Assembly: GCA_964016885.1 (NCBI GenBank)
Contig: OZ024764.1
Location: forward strand, 23,312,001-23,376,000
Direction: 5' to 3'
Origin: Eledone cirrhosa
Lineage: Eukaryota
DNA length: 64,000 nt
Shown: positions 10,920 through 23,480 of the stretch, one piece after another
Layout: each line of letters begins with the position of its first letter
Numbering within the stretch: position 1 is the stretch's first letter
Notes under the pieces: generated by a model
The model's database searches: none
Seen by the model: only the letters and a program-made list of their open reading frames with translations
Told to the model about the DNA's origin: nothing
Position numbers and translations under genes: made by a program

Positions 10920-12760
10920 TATGGCCCCACAACACCCTCCCCACTTGCTAATCTGATCACCTAGGTACCGGAAGCTATCAACCACCTCTATAGAACCTAC
11001 CTGCATTTGAAAATTGTGTCTATCACTGCGACTTCACTGTCAAATTTCCCTGTACATCTACTGCATATGTAGTTTTCCCTACCTGTTAGTTTGCCTGCTA
11101 TCCCACTACATCTCTTGTGTACCCAAGATCTGCATTGTGTACATTATAGAATTTATGCCAGTTCCTTTTCTACATATCGAACAAGGCCATTTCCCTGATG
11201 GAATGACAGTTTTGTCCTCTTTTCTACTTATCAACACTTTAGTCTTAGCTAGGTTCACTCTCAGTCCTCTTGATTCCAACTGCTGTTGCAATAGCCGGAA
11301 TTTATTCTCTAGCTCCTCTACTGATTCTGCTATAAGAACCACATCGTCATCATAGAGAAGTTCCCATGGACAGCCAGTCTTAAACTCTTCTGTTATGACT
11401 TAGAGGACTATAATGAACAAGAGCGGGCTGAGGACCAAACCCTGATGTACTCCTGCATCTGTAATTCCTCACTAAACTCCATGCCTACCCTCACTTTACT
11501 GACAGCACCTCTGTACATAGCTTGCACTGTCCTCACAAACTATTCCTCTACACCTAGTTTCCTTAGGGACCACCAGATGACAGATTGGGGTACTCTATAA
11601 AAGGCCTTCTCTAGGTCAACAAAAACTAAGTATAGTGGTTTATTCTTCTCTAAGAACCTCTCTTGTAGTTGTCTCACTAAGAAGAGGGCATCTGTTTGAC
11701 CCTTTCTCTAAGTTGCGCTAGTATTCTTTCTGTCACTTTCATAACCTGATCCATCAGTTTTATACCCCTATAATTACTCCTATCCAGAACATCCCCTTTA
11801 CCTTTACCTCAATTTATGAGAATAATGCTGCACCAGTCTTTGGGGGTGACACCACCATATATAGCTTGATTAATGATGCGTGCAGCCAGTTTAATTCCTA
11901 CTTCTCCTGATGCCTTCAGCATCTCAGCAACTATCCCCAACAGTCCAGCGGACCTAACATTTTTCATTTCCTTAATTGCCTCTTGGACCCTATAGTCGTC
12001 AATCTCAATAGCTGGTCCCTCTGTCGGGTCTACTGAAGGTAGCTCCCCTCCTATTCATTCTCCACATTCATCAGTCTCTCATAATGACATTTCCAGGCCT
12101 CCTTTTTTTTAAAAATCAGTGACACTAAGTGCACCAACATCCTGATTTACACTGACACACTGCCTTGCAATGTGGAACACCGCACATCTCTGATCTCACC
12201 ATCGCAGGACATTGGCAAACCTTCTCCTCTCAGCCTCCCTGCATGTTAAGTAAACCTGACATCTAGCTTCTCTCTTAGCGGCTGTGAATAGGTCTTTACC
12301 CCTACCATTTTTCCAAGTCTCTAATGGCTCTATCTACCGTGCTGTTCCACCACCAGGTCACCCTCTGTCTGGTTGGAGCTCTGCTCCAGCCACAAATTTT
12401 TTCAGTAACCTGCAGTAAGTTGTCACGTAAGAAATTCCAGTTATCATCCATGTCATAGGACTCTAAATCGTCTTCTTTTTCGTCATACACATCTTGAAGG
12501 GCTTGCCTAAATTTATATTTTAGTGAAAGGTCTTTTAAGTTTCCAGACCTTCCTTTTTCACACTTTCTCGTATGTCTCACTTTGTTCTTGCTTACTGACA
12601 TGTCACTAACGACTAACCCATGTTGGGGGGTTACATTGTTCCCTGGGGTATGCTTTAGTATTTGACATCATCTATCTGTCTTACTCCCTATCTAGCAAGA
12701 AGTCAATCTGTCTCATGTGCTCACCTGTTTGGTAGGTTATTAGGTGGTTGGTAGGTTTAT
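10920..12760 (-). mobile_element. Degenerate RTE-clade LINE, antisense in the ZNF intron
   Basis: Fragments VLIAESVEELENKF...RGLRVNLAKTKV and TRQRVTWWWNSTVD match the RTE at 45870-49054. Confidence 0.9.
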
Positions 12761-12789
12761 TATAACTAGGTCTCTGTCATTGTGGTTAT

Positions 12790-13112
12790 CTCTACTTATT
12801 CCTTTTCTACATATGGAGCAGGGCCACTTTCCTGAAGAGGTCAGGGTCTTCTCTCCTATCCATTACCACTTTAGTTTTGGCTAAGTATATTCTCAGAACT
12901 TACCATTTCAAATTCTATATCTATAGTTGGTCATCTACATAGAGAAGTTTCCATAGACAGCCAGTCTTAAACCTCTCTGTTATGGCTTGGAGAACTATGA
13001 TGAACAAGTGGGCTAAGAACTAAACCATGATGAACTCCTACCTGTACCTTCAATTCCTCACTAGACACTTTACTGACAGCTTCTCACAAGCCATTCTTCT
13101 ACACCTAATTTC
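12790..13112 (-). mobile_element. Second, older RTE fragment (RT region)
   Basis: Repeats the ttccttttctacatat / cagccagtcttaaac / atgaacaa / tctacaccta landmarks of the adjacent RTE. Also at ~27415, ~40835, ~57160. Confidence 0.7.
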
Positions 13113-13117
13113 TTTAA

Positions 13118-13325
13118 CCCTTTAGTATATAAACTGGCCATATCTGGCCAGAATTCTCTCACATCTTTCTGTTCAAACTGGCCGTAACTGGTCAATTATA
13201 CTTATGTTAAGGTATTGTTCTCAAAATAAATAACATGAAAATCTCATAAATTTGATATTATGTGAGATAAAGCATTTACTGTGAAAATATAATAGTAAAC
13301 ATAGAGTAATGTGAATGCTAAAGGG
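13118..13325. mobile_element. piggyBac-like MITE with TTAA TSD
   Basis: TTAA|CCCTTTAG...CTAAAGGG|TTAA. Also at 27743-27950, 41170-41377, 57490-57697. Confidence 0.8.
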
Positions 13326-13430
13326 TTAATCTGATGTCACTAATAACTACTTTTATCAGTCAGTATAATCTAATGTCACTAATAACTACTTTTATCAGTC
13401 AGTTTAATCTAATGTCACTAATAACTAACC
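13326..13430. repeat. 39-bp minisatellite (TAATCTAATGTCACTAATAACTACTTTTATCAGTCAGTT)
   Basis: About 2.7 units here, at ~27951 and at ~41378; about 6.7 units at 57698-57958. Confidence 0.85.
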
Positions 13431-13544
13431 TATGTTAGGCAGCACATTCTTCACTAAGGAAGGCCTTAGTATTTATTACAGTCCATTTATCAATATAGAA
13501 ATATTATATGAAATTTGTACTGATGTATTACAAGTTTCTGAGTA

Positions 13545-13571
13545 TCTTATAATGTTCTTTTATTATTTCAG
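13545..13571 (+). promoter_or_regulatory. 3' splice acceptor of the ZNF coding exon
   Basis: ataatgttcttttattatttcAG|aatacc, conserved with AG ending at 13571, 28196, 41623 and 58099. Confidence 0.7.
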
Positions 13572-14388
13572 AATACCAGAGGACATTGGCATTAAAGAGC
13601 ACGTTACATCAGACATATCCTCAATTTTAACCATTTCTAATGAAAGACACTACCCATCATTTCCAAATAATTTTGAAAACACTCAACACTTTGAAGGGAT
13701 TTAGTAATATAACTAAATTTCTCAGTATTAAGCTGCTATTTGGAACATAACTTTGCACAATTTCATGAACTTATGATGGAAAGTTTTTAGATAAATATAA
13801 AGACTGGTATGAAAAGGATAAAACACTTTTATATCAGTTGTTTCATCAACACCATTATTTAAAGACTAAAGGAAGCTGTTATACAGAACAGATACAACCT
13901 TGTTTATATAAATCTATGGGAGAAATACTGGGAAATATTTCTTGTAAACTCAATAACACTTCTATTCTTTGCTGTCTGGAATATGTAGAAGATACAAAAT
14001 AAAGCTGAAGAAATTCACAAATGATTTTGTAAGATCTTCATATATTGACAAAGATGATAGTTGATGGAACTACAGGAGTAGAAATATTTCCATTATTACA
14101 AGAATAACTAATCAAATAAAAACCAGAAAAATTAGATTCTTCATTGTCTGGAATTTGTACGAGATGATTTTATACGTATATTAAACTTGAAGAGATCTAC
14201 AAAACAGTTTGTATCATCTTTAAATATAAAGAAAGACCAAGTTGATGGAAATATATCTGGAGGAATATGTTTTAGGAATAATATTATAAACATAAAAAAG
14301 AAAAATATCCATATATTGACAGAAGAAAAATATTAAAACTGTGAATTATGTGAGAAACTGAGGTCATTGATATCTTTTAGTAGGAGTT

Positions 14389-15420
14389 ATGTCGAAAAAT
14401 ATAGTAAAATCACCATTCCACTGTGATATCTGTGGTAAATCATTCTCTCGTAGTAATCACCTAACTAATCACAAACATATTCATACAGGAGAGAAACCAT
14501 ATCACTGTGATATCTGTGGTAAAACGTTCTCTAAAAATAATAACCTAACTACTCACAAGCGTATTCATACAGGAGAGAAACCATATCACTGTGATATCTG
14601 TGGTAAAACGTTCTCTAAAAACAATAACCTAACTACACACAAACGTATTCATACAGGAGAGAACCCATATCATTGTGATATCTGTGGTAAATCATTCCCT
14701 TGTAGTCATCACCTTACTACTCACAAACGTATTCACACAGGAGAGAAGCCATATCAATGTGATATCTGTGATAAATCATTCAGTGACAGTAGTAGCTTCA
14801 GAGTTCACAAACAAATTCATACAGGAGAGAAGCCACATCACTGTGACATCTGTAGTAAATCATTCTCTTGCAGATATAGCTTAACTAATCACAAACGTAT
14901 TCATACAGGAGAGAAACCATATCACTGTGACATCTGTGGTAAATCATTCAGTCAGAGTAATACCTTAACTACTCACATACGTATTCATACAGGAGAGAAG
15001 CCACATCACTGTGACATCTGTAGTAAATCATTCTCTTGCAGATATATCTTAACTAATCACAAACGTTTTCATACAGGAGAGAAGCCATATCACTGTGACA
15101 TCTGCGGTAATTCATTCTCTCAGAGTAATCACCTAATTACTCACAAACGTATTCATACAGGAGAGAAACCATATCACTGTGATATCTGTGGTAAAACATT
15201 CTCTGACAGAAGTAGCTTTGTTAAACACCAACGTACTCATACAGGAGAGAAGCCATATCACTGTGACATCTGTGGTAAATCATTCTCTCGTAGTAATCAC
15301 CTAACTACTCACAAACGTACTCATACAGGAGAGAAGCCATATCACTGTGACATCTCTGGTAAATCATTCTCTCAAAGTGGTAACTTCACCAACCATGTGC
15401 ATATTCATACAGAAGTTTAG
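14389..15420 (+). CDS. C2H2 zinc-finger protein, 343 aa, 12 fingers (copy A); last finger Cys>Ser
   Basis: 9-aa leader MSKNIVKSP then 28-aa CxxC...HxxxH-TGEKP repeats. No KRAB/SCAN/BTB-like domain in the ORF. Confidence 0.93.
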   Translation: MSKNIVKSPFHCDICGKSFSRSNHLTNHKHIHTGEKPYHCDICGKTFSKNNNLTTHKRIHTGEKPYHCDICGKTFSKNNNLTTHKRIHTGENPYHCDICGKSFPCSHHLTTHKRIHTGEKPYQCDICDKSFSDSSSFRVHKQIHTGEKPHHCDICSKSFSCRYSLTNHKRIHTGEKPYHCDICGKSFSQSNTLTTHIRIHTGEKPHHCDICSKSFSCRYILTNHKRFHTGEKPYHCDICGNSFSQSNHLITHKRIHTGEKPYHCDICGKTFSDRSSFVKHQRTHTGEKPYHCDICGKSFSRSNHLTTHKRTHTGEKPYHCDISGKSFSQSGNFTNHVHIHTEV

Positions 15421-15627
15421 CTGTATCAATATCAAACTCATTACATCATACTACAACAACGACACCAAATATGTAGATCCATCATCCTTGCTAAAACTGG
15501 GGTTAACCTTGTAGGTTTTACCTATGACAGGGATCATAAACACCAGGTTTCCATTTTTGAAGCAGTGTTTGAATATTTTGTGTAAATTAAAGTTTTTCAC
15601 ATTAAACTTTCATTTATTATACTTTAA

Positions 15628-15695
15628 CAGGTAAGATATATATTTGTATTTTTAGTAAAGGTTGGGAACTTCTGTAATTTAAACCTGCCAATAAA
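15628..15695 (+). promoter_or_regulatory. 3'-UTR splice donor CAG|GTAAGA followed by AATAAA
   Basis: GT at 241, 15631, 30313, 42738, 59795. AATAAA ~60 nt later (300-305, 15690-15695) in all five copies. Confidence 0.55.
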
Positions 15696-16852
15696 ATGAA
15701 AACTTTTGTTGTTGCTAGTTTGACATTGATATTAATTCTATTGTCCTGTACATTGTCTCAAATATCACAGATTAAACAGATTTTAACAATAACAACAGAA
15801 ATCAATAACTTGTAAGCCTAATATCTAGCTTCCATTTTAACTATTTGATATTGTTGTTCCCCTCCTGCCTCTTCAGGTCTTTTAGATTTCAGCTTCTATC
15901 TACTGTACTATTCCATCACCAAGGCAACATTCATCTGGCTGGCAGCTTACATCAACTACAAATCTCATCAGTGGTTCACAACAGGCTGTCTGAAAGAAAC
16001 TTCCAGATATCTTCTATGTCATAGCTATCAATCTCCTCCTCCTTATCATATGTATCATGTAGAACATCTCTGAATTTATATTTAACAGGGAGATCTTTTA
16101 CTGTCCCTACCCTTTTCTCTATGTTGTCTTGTACCTCTCTCACAGTCCCTCTAGATCTTATATTTAACAGGGAGATATTTTACTATCTCTACCCTTTTCT
16201 CTAGGTTGTCTTGTACCTCTCTCACAGTCCCTCTAGATCTTATATTTAACAGGGAGATTTTTACTATCCCTACCCTTTTCTCTAGGTTGTCTTGTATCTC
16301 TCTCACAGTCCCTCTAGATCTTATATTAAACAGGGAGATCTTTTACTGTCTCTACCCTTTTCTCTAGGTTGTCTTGTACCTCTCACAGTCCCTGTAGATC
16401 TTATATTTAACAGGGAGATCTTTTACTGTCCCTACCCTTTTCTGTAGGTTGTCTTGTACCTCTCACAGTCCCGGTAGATCTTATATTTAGCAGGGAGATG
16501 TTTTACTCTCCACTCCTTCTATCTCCAGATAGTCTTGTATCTGTCAGTCCCTCTAGATCTTACACCTAGTATCTAGTCTATGTTGAGTGGTACGTCCTTC
16601 TCCACTAAAGGAGTTAATATTCCCAACCATCTGTCTATCCTGTTTTCTGATGAGAATGAAGTCAATCTAGTTTATCTCTTCACCTGATTGAAGTAACTAG
16701 ATCAAGTAACTAGATGTTTTCCTGTAAGTTAGTGTTGCAGTGTTTGTGTCACCATGTAAGGTTTATATCTATTAATATAGAGATGTAGTAAAGTTTTCAC
16801 TGTTGTATCTCTATTTTCTAAATATCTTAATAATGTTTCTCTACTATTTCAG

Positions 16853-17226
16853 AATATCACATGACCTTGACAGAAAAGAGTCTTTTAAAGATGTTACATA
16901 CAAGTGATATAAACTTGTTTAGTCTGTGGTGAATTATGGTGAAATATTTCTTCTGAATTGAGATAAATAACGACATTTTCCTTTTTCACTGTCTGGAATA
17001 TTTACAAGATGATTTTACATTCTGATTAAACTTTGGATATTTACAAAGGAGTTTTCAAAATATTTGGATATTGACAAAGATCACATTTGATAAAATTATG
17101 AACAATAGAAATATTTACATCAACATAGGAATATTTTCCAGAAGAGATGGGAAAATCATTATACCACTGTAATATTTGTGGTAAAGTATTCTCTCTTCTT
17201 TATATGTAGAATATCTAACTAAACAC
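16853..17226 (+). pseudogene. Relic ZNF exon ending in a truncated finger [20 protein letters not shown]
   Basis: Acceptor AG at 16851-16852; ATG 17147 to TAG 17209, then ctaactaaacac (LTKH). Same exon starts at 30977, 44056, 61098. Confidence 0.75.
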
Positions 17227-17337
17227 TTTAACTAACAAACTATTGTGCTATAGAATTGACAAACATGAGGAATGTTTAATAAATGTTACAGATTTCTCCA
17301 AACTGTCGTTTACTAACTTTAATTTGAAGCTATATTA

Positions 17338-17749
17338 TCTATATACTACTAAAACTCTGTGATTGTGTCTTGTCCGTAATTTAATACAGCTAAAACAGTG
17401 CATAATGGGGAAATACTTTGAAAAGAATAAAACAAGTTTTGTATAAAATGGAGCACAGGTTCCCAAGATACGGGGGTTTCTGGGTACCTTCATAAATATA
17501 GGGAGAGAAAGAGATAGTGGTTGTGAGAGTGTGTATTGAAAAGGAGAGATAAAAGGAGATGGATGGAAAGCGGAAGAGAGAGAGAGCTGGGGGTGATGTT
17601 TAATAAAATGTGTGCGTATATATATATACATATGTGTCTATATATATATATGTCTATATTTTAACTATTTGAAAATTATTTTTAAGTGAACATGATTTAA
17701 AAATAATAGTTTTAAGGGAACGTGACCCAACAGGTCCCGGGTGGTCTAG
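17338..17749 (+). mobile_element. Non-autonomous Helitron
   Basis: A|TC 5' end, subterminal hairpin GACCcaacaGGTC, CTAG|T 3' end, no TSD. Copies at 31473-31849, 44552-44914, 61595-61935. Confidence 0.75.
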
Positions 17750-18369
17750 TTTGTTACCAAATACTAGATATTAGAGGGTCATGTTGTTCTAGATGTGCTG
17801 GAAGAGCCATTCCATCTCGTGAGGCTCACACCAGCAGCTAGCCACCTCAGCACCTATGCTGGTATATTTATTATATTATTTATTCTTTATCATTAACATT
17901 AATATAAAAGATAATTATATATTTTTAGAGAAGAACCTTTTTGTTGTGACAGCTACAGAACCACTTTACAGTGTAGACTGGGTACTTTTTGTTGTGACAC
18001 CTACATGACCACTTTACAGTTTGCACTGGGTGCTTTTTGTTGTGACACCTACAAGACCACTTTATAGTGTGGACTGGGTACTTTTTGTCGTAACATCTAC
18101 ATGACCACCTTATAATGTTGACTGTGTGTTCTTTACAGTGTGGGTTGGGTGCTTTTTGTCATATCTCCTACATGACCACCTCATAATGTTGACTGTGTGT
18201 TCTTTGCAGTGTGGGCTGGTTTCTTTTTGTCATATCACCCACATGACCACCTTATAATGTTGGCTGTGTGTTCTCTACAGTGTGGGTTGGGTGCTTTTTG
18301 TCATATCTCCTACCCAACCACTTTGCAGTGTGGGCAGTGAAATATCAGTAATGCACCAGCTCCAATATT

Positions 18370-18880
18370 CAGTAATCAGAAGAAGGGAGGTAGGCATAAA
18401 AGCCAAACTTGCTGTCTTCAATTAGGTTTTTGTGCCAACCCTTACCTATGGTCACATATCTTGGGTAATGACCAAAAGAATATGATTGCGAATACAAGTG
18501 GCAGATATGGGATTCCTCTGAAGGGTCTTTGAAGGAACTTTTCTCAATAAAGTGCATAGCTTTGAGATCAGAGCGTCACTCCAGGTGGAGCTATTACTTC
18601 TCCGAATTGAGAGATCACAGCTGCAATACTATGGCCATGTGGTTAGAATGTCTGAGGAAAGAATCACTGGATAGATTTTACAGGCTAAACTAACCGGCAG
18701 GAGACCCAGGGGTAGACCTGAGCAAGATGGTCACATAACATCCATGAGCTTGGCTGGTCTCTCTGGGTGATCCAGCCAGATCAGTTGGAGTGGGTTGCTT
18801 CTGACAGGACCTGTTGGAGGGAGTGTTTGAGGACTCTGCCCCCAAGACCCTCTCTGGAATGACTGGATTAATAAGAAGAG
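18370..18880 (+). mobile_element. 3' fragment of a different RTE-clade LINE
   Basis: Translates KAKLAVFN*VFVPTLTYGH, RSQLQYYGHVVRMSEER and GRRPRGRP. Also at ~32465-32975 and ~63140-63640. Confidence 0.8.
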
Positions 18881-19170
18881 GTTGAGGTTACATAATCAAC
18901 ATCAGATTTCCCTGCTAGCAAGGGTTTAATGAGTCTACTTCAACCAAGTAAGTACTGAAGTGAGGCTACTGATCTCCCAGACAGACCAAGGATCTGGGAC
19001 TTATTTACATAAGGTCTCATTTGCTACTGAGTGCACAGAAAAGGTTGTCATGTCTTTGTCATGATTGAAGGGTTCTCCGACACTATTGTCGGGCAAGCTT
19101 TCTATGGCTAGATGTCCTTCACATGACCAACCACATTACAGCCGGTGTTGGGTGTGTTTATCATGTAGGT

Positions 19171-21481
19171 GAGACATAACAAACTGAGGGTTCCCTAAGG
19201 GCCACATAGGTCACATGTGTTGTCTGAGGGTTGCACACTACAACTAATTATGTACACGACAACTAATTAAAGTCATTTAATAAAATATATTGCAGAAAGA
19301 TTTGTTACTTAAATTTAGAAACATACAATGTCCATACAAATGTTTTAGCAGCATTCATGAATACAAAGTAATGAAGTAGTTTGATAAAAAAACTAAAATT
19401 TAACATGTCAACATATACTTGCAGATTGTAACAGCAACAAATACATTGTACACAAATAACAACAGTTGAAAACTGAACATTTATTTGCTACTATTCAACC
19501 ATTTTTAGTGTTTTGTGCTGAGGCTTGACACTTCTTTCTGTTGACTATTTTTGATATATTGCAGAAAGATTTGTTACTTAAATTTAGAATCATACAATGT
19601 ACATACAAATGTTTTAGCAGCATTCATGAATACAAAGTAATGAAGTAGTTTGATAAAAAAACTAAAATTTAACATGTCAACATATACTTGCAGATTGTAA
19701 CAGCAACAAATACATTGTACACAAATAACAACAGTTGAAAACTGAACATTTATTTGCTACTATTCAACCATTTTTAGTGTTTTGTGCTGAGGCTTGACAC
19801 TTCTTTCTGTTGACTATTTTTGGTATGTCTGGCTGAAATGTCTACAGTTCCAACTTTAATCAGAGATGACAAGTGTTGATCTGTCAGCCTTGTTCTCTGA
19901 GAAGTTTTTGTTAAGCTAAGTACAGACTCAGTATGGGCAGTGATTTTCAGCTCTTTGCACATAAGAAAATGAATTAAATTTCATCTGACAACGGAGACTT
20001 CCATAAGCTAAGTTTTCTAATGAAGAACTTGATGTCATCATACAACTGAGTGATGGGTTTGTTTTTACCTTGTAATTTCAAATGAAGATCAGTTAATTGT
20101 GCAGTAATATCCACAAATAAAGCCAGATGTTGGAGCCAACTTTCATCTTTTATTTCACCTGTGTTTTGACCTTTCATCTCCAAAAACATAATTATTTCAA
20201 CAAATAGAATTTTTTCAGCACTTTGTGACATGTCAACCAGCAGACTTCTGTGTAGAATGGAACATCGGTGAACTGATTATCCATATCTTCCAACAACTGG
20301 CTGAACTGACGGTGGTTGAGAGCACGGCCTCTGATTTAGTTCACTGTCTTTGTGACCAAGCTAAGCACATGATGCAATTTTAAAATCTTTGAACATAAAT
20401 TTTGCTGATGAATAATACAGTGAAAATGTGCAAATGGTGAATCTAGATATGAGTTTTCTATTTTTGTTTGTAACTTGGCAGCAACACCATTATGTCTACC
20501 AACCATATTTGCAGCACTGTCAGTAGATAAACATGCAAATTTACTCAGATCAAAACCATGCAGACCCTGCTTGACCTTCTCAAAGATGTCCTGGCTTGTT
20601 ATAGTGTCATGCATGGGGACCAGTTCAATCAGTTCTTCATAAATATTAAATTCACTGTCACAGGCCCTGATGAAGAATGCAAGCTGTACTATTCCAGTGA
20701 TGTCAACAGTCTCTTCAATATCAATAGAAACATGTTCAAACCTTGATGATACAGCCTTTAAATGTTGTTTCAGATCACCTGACATTTCATTAATCTGTTG
20801 AGCAACAGTATTCCTGGTTAATGAAATGTCTTTGAATAACTCTGCTTTCTCTGGACAATTTCAGCTGTTTTTACAAGAAATTGCTTACAAAATCTCCTTC
20901 ACTGTAAGATTTCCCACTCATGGCAATTATTCAACTGAGTTCATAGCTTGCAGTAACGGAGTGACATTCTCTTCCTGAATTAACATAAAAGAGGTCTGTT
21001 GCTGTGTCAAGTTAGACTTCAATTCCTTGAGTCTTGAAACACACATTGGGGCTTCATATTTATCGTAAGATCGAGGGTTTGTTTCATAATGTCTTTTTGA
21101 ATTGTACTCTTTTGGCCTGGCGATGTAGTTGTTGCAAATTAAACAGTGTATCTTTCTGTTCACCATTGGGCAAAAATACTGTAATTCCCACTTTTCTTGA
21201 AACACTTGCCCTTCTTCGTTCAATTTCCTTTTTCTCTTAGCTGGAGGAGCACTAACCATTTCAAAAACGAAATCTTTTGAAATTTTGAAAGAAAGTTTTC
21301 TGTTAATGAGCTGCACGTGATTAATGGAAGTTAAAAGTAGTTGACAAAATTTGCAAAAAAAAATAATTGTATCGAAAATGTTTTAAATTTTATATTACGA
21401 AAATGAAACATGCTCGCACTGTAAAAACCTTTGTGTGGGCCGCAGGTTTGCTTGCCAAGGGCCGCATGTTTGACATGTCTG
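19171..21481 (-). mobile_element. hAT transposon (SPIN/Charlie, GTF2IRD2-like transposase), degenerate
   Basis: Imperfect TIRs GAGACATAACAAAC and (rc) CAGACATGTCAAAC. 8-bp TSD ATGTAGGT/ATGTAAGT. ORF pieces FQEKWELQYF..CLIC..KRHYET, STDSAANMVG, HFHCIIHQQNLC. Confidence 0.92.
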
Positions 21482-21589
21482 ATGTAAGTTACCAACACTA
21501 GGGAGGGCAGCATCTCCTTCAGTGTGTTCTGATACATTAACTACCAGGAGGTCGCCACATGACACAAAGACTACATTTCAAAGAAGGGT

Positions 21590-22050
21590 CATAAAAGAAC
21601 TAAATACGAAAGTACCCACAGCAACAAGTAAATAATTGAGCTTTGGGTCTAGGTTAAGGGGCAGAAGTGCTGCGCCCTGTGGATAAGACTGCAAAAGTAT
21701 TCGCCCCGGACTATGGACAGTGAAACCCACTGCAACAGCCACCCCAACCTCATGGGACTCCCTCTTCAGAAGAGCCACCAACGTTCTGATCTTACAGAGG
21801 AGCTTGGCAGTACGGGGTCCAAGTACTTCTGAGGTCTCGATGGTGACCGGTGTGAAGAGACCTACAATTGATGTCATCCCAGTTATGTTGGACTGTAATA
21901 TACTGGGGTATAGAGAGGCCTTAACCTGTCTCAGCCGGGCCACCCAGGGCTGTGTCATCTAGGTACCAGACAGGGGTGACTAGACCATGTTGTCAACTGT
22001 CAGCACCAATAGGAGTGACGCGAGTGGGTCCCCTTGCTAGACACCATATA
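21590..22050 (-). mobile_element. Internally deleted CRE-like (restriction-like endonuclease) non-LTR fragment
   Basis: Minus strand reads GV*QGDPLASLLLVLTVD near 22040, then FTPVTIETSEVLGPRTAKLL and a frameshifted LSIVRG-type motif. Paralog at ~34665-35150. Confidence 0.65.
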
Positions 22051-22289
22051 TAAAACGTATTTGCTAATTACCTTAGTGAATAATTTGTTTCATACGTAAT
22101 TATTACTTTTAACACAATAGGATTTTGTACACGTGTTTGTTTGAAAACATCTTTCAAAGAAGTATGAGACAGTCTTTTGTCGTGTTTATTATAATAAATT
22201 ACTGTATGTTGAGCTGTTTTAACTTCTCCACCTTCTATTATTTTATAATGTTTTTGTAAAAAAACGATATCTTTTTCATATATATATAT

Positions 22290-22503
22290 GAAGTCATGTG
22301 GCTGAGTGGTTAGAGAATTGGATTCGGAATTGTGAGGTTGTGAGTTCGATTCTCAGACTAGGCGATGCGTTATATCCTTGAGCAAGACATTTTATTTCAC
22401 GTTACTCCTTCCACCTGGAGTTGCAACCGATAGATAGTATTAGCAATTGGAAAGACCAATGGAAACATTGTTTCCTTGGTCCGATTTGACGAAAAGTCGA
22501 TCA
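22290..22503 (+). mobile_element. tRNA-derived SINE
   Basis: A box TGGCTGAGTGG, B box GTTCGATTC, core ccttgagcaagaca; sits in (TA)n. Paralog at ~35393-35605. Confidence 0.85.
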
Positions 22504-23480
22504 TAAAAAATATATATATAGAGAGAGAGAGAAACACACAAACATACACTACTGTATTACATATGCAAGGGGCGACAACTCTCGTTACATCTACCCTTCT
22601 TTTTGATATACATTCTTGAGATACTTTGTACAATGGAACCTGCTTTATTTTGTGCCCTAAGTAGATTTCTGTTTAACTATTTACGAGATTCACAATGATT
22701 CACGTAACCAAGTTACTTACATAGAGATATATTTCACATAGAATCACAACAAATGAAAATATTAAGTCAACACTCTGTCAATCAGTCTCACATCACATGG
22801 GGTGCCGGAGTCTCCCTCTAATACTTTCTGAGACAGTCTTACCTCGAGTGATAGCAAGGCTAAGATGTTGGAACTACCAAACACCCTCATATGTATGACC
22901 TGACACCTCGGTAAGGAGAGCTGCCAACGATAACAAGAACCTCGTTGTCAGGGACCTATCTTCTCCAAACTTCTCCAACACCACAGACTAGAATATTCTA
23001 CTCTTTATTCCCTATCAAATATATTTCAGTCTAGTCATTTATCTTGTATCTTGTATATGTATTTTCAAAACTAACTGTCACATTTGTGAGACCCCAGTTA
23101 GTGATGTTTTCGTCTCCCTCCCACATCCTACATGCTGTAGTAAAAGTGAGGGTCACTGCTTCTGTAGACGAACGAAATAAAAGTTAAACTACCAGTAATT
23201 ATCGGCAAAGTATTTATTCCAGTCTGTGATGTTTGAGAAGCTGGGCTGCTGACAACGAAGTTGTGGTCACTGTTGGCAGCTGGCTTTACCGAAGTACCCG
23301 ATGACTCTTGTGAGGGTACTTAGCTGTTCTAGCAACTTAGCCCCCATATGACCCGATCTTACCGAAGTACCCGGTGATCTCTGTAAGAGTACTTAGCTGT
23401 TCTATTTTAATTACATTTACTGATTTCAACTTTCATTTTTATATTACAAACTTTACATAATTTAATTGCGTAAAAATATT

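Noticed and set aside
13432-13704. Recurrent ORF MLGSTFFTKEG... (also 28057, 41484, 57960) as a small gene
   Set aside because: It straddles the predicted intron/exon boundary, is truncated by a stop in copies C and D, and recurs only because the unit is duplicated.
14675-14884. Alternate-frame and antisense ORFs over finger arrays (also 29114, 28262, 41689, 58165, 59476)
   Set aside because: By-products of the 84-bp repeat; short, with no independent signals.
22290-22370. tRNA gene
   Set aside because: A and B boxes are present but I see no convincing acceptor stem or terminator, and it runs into a SINE core.
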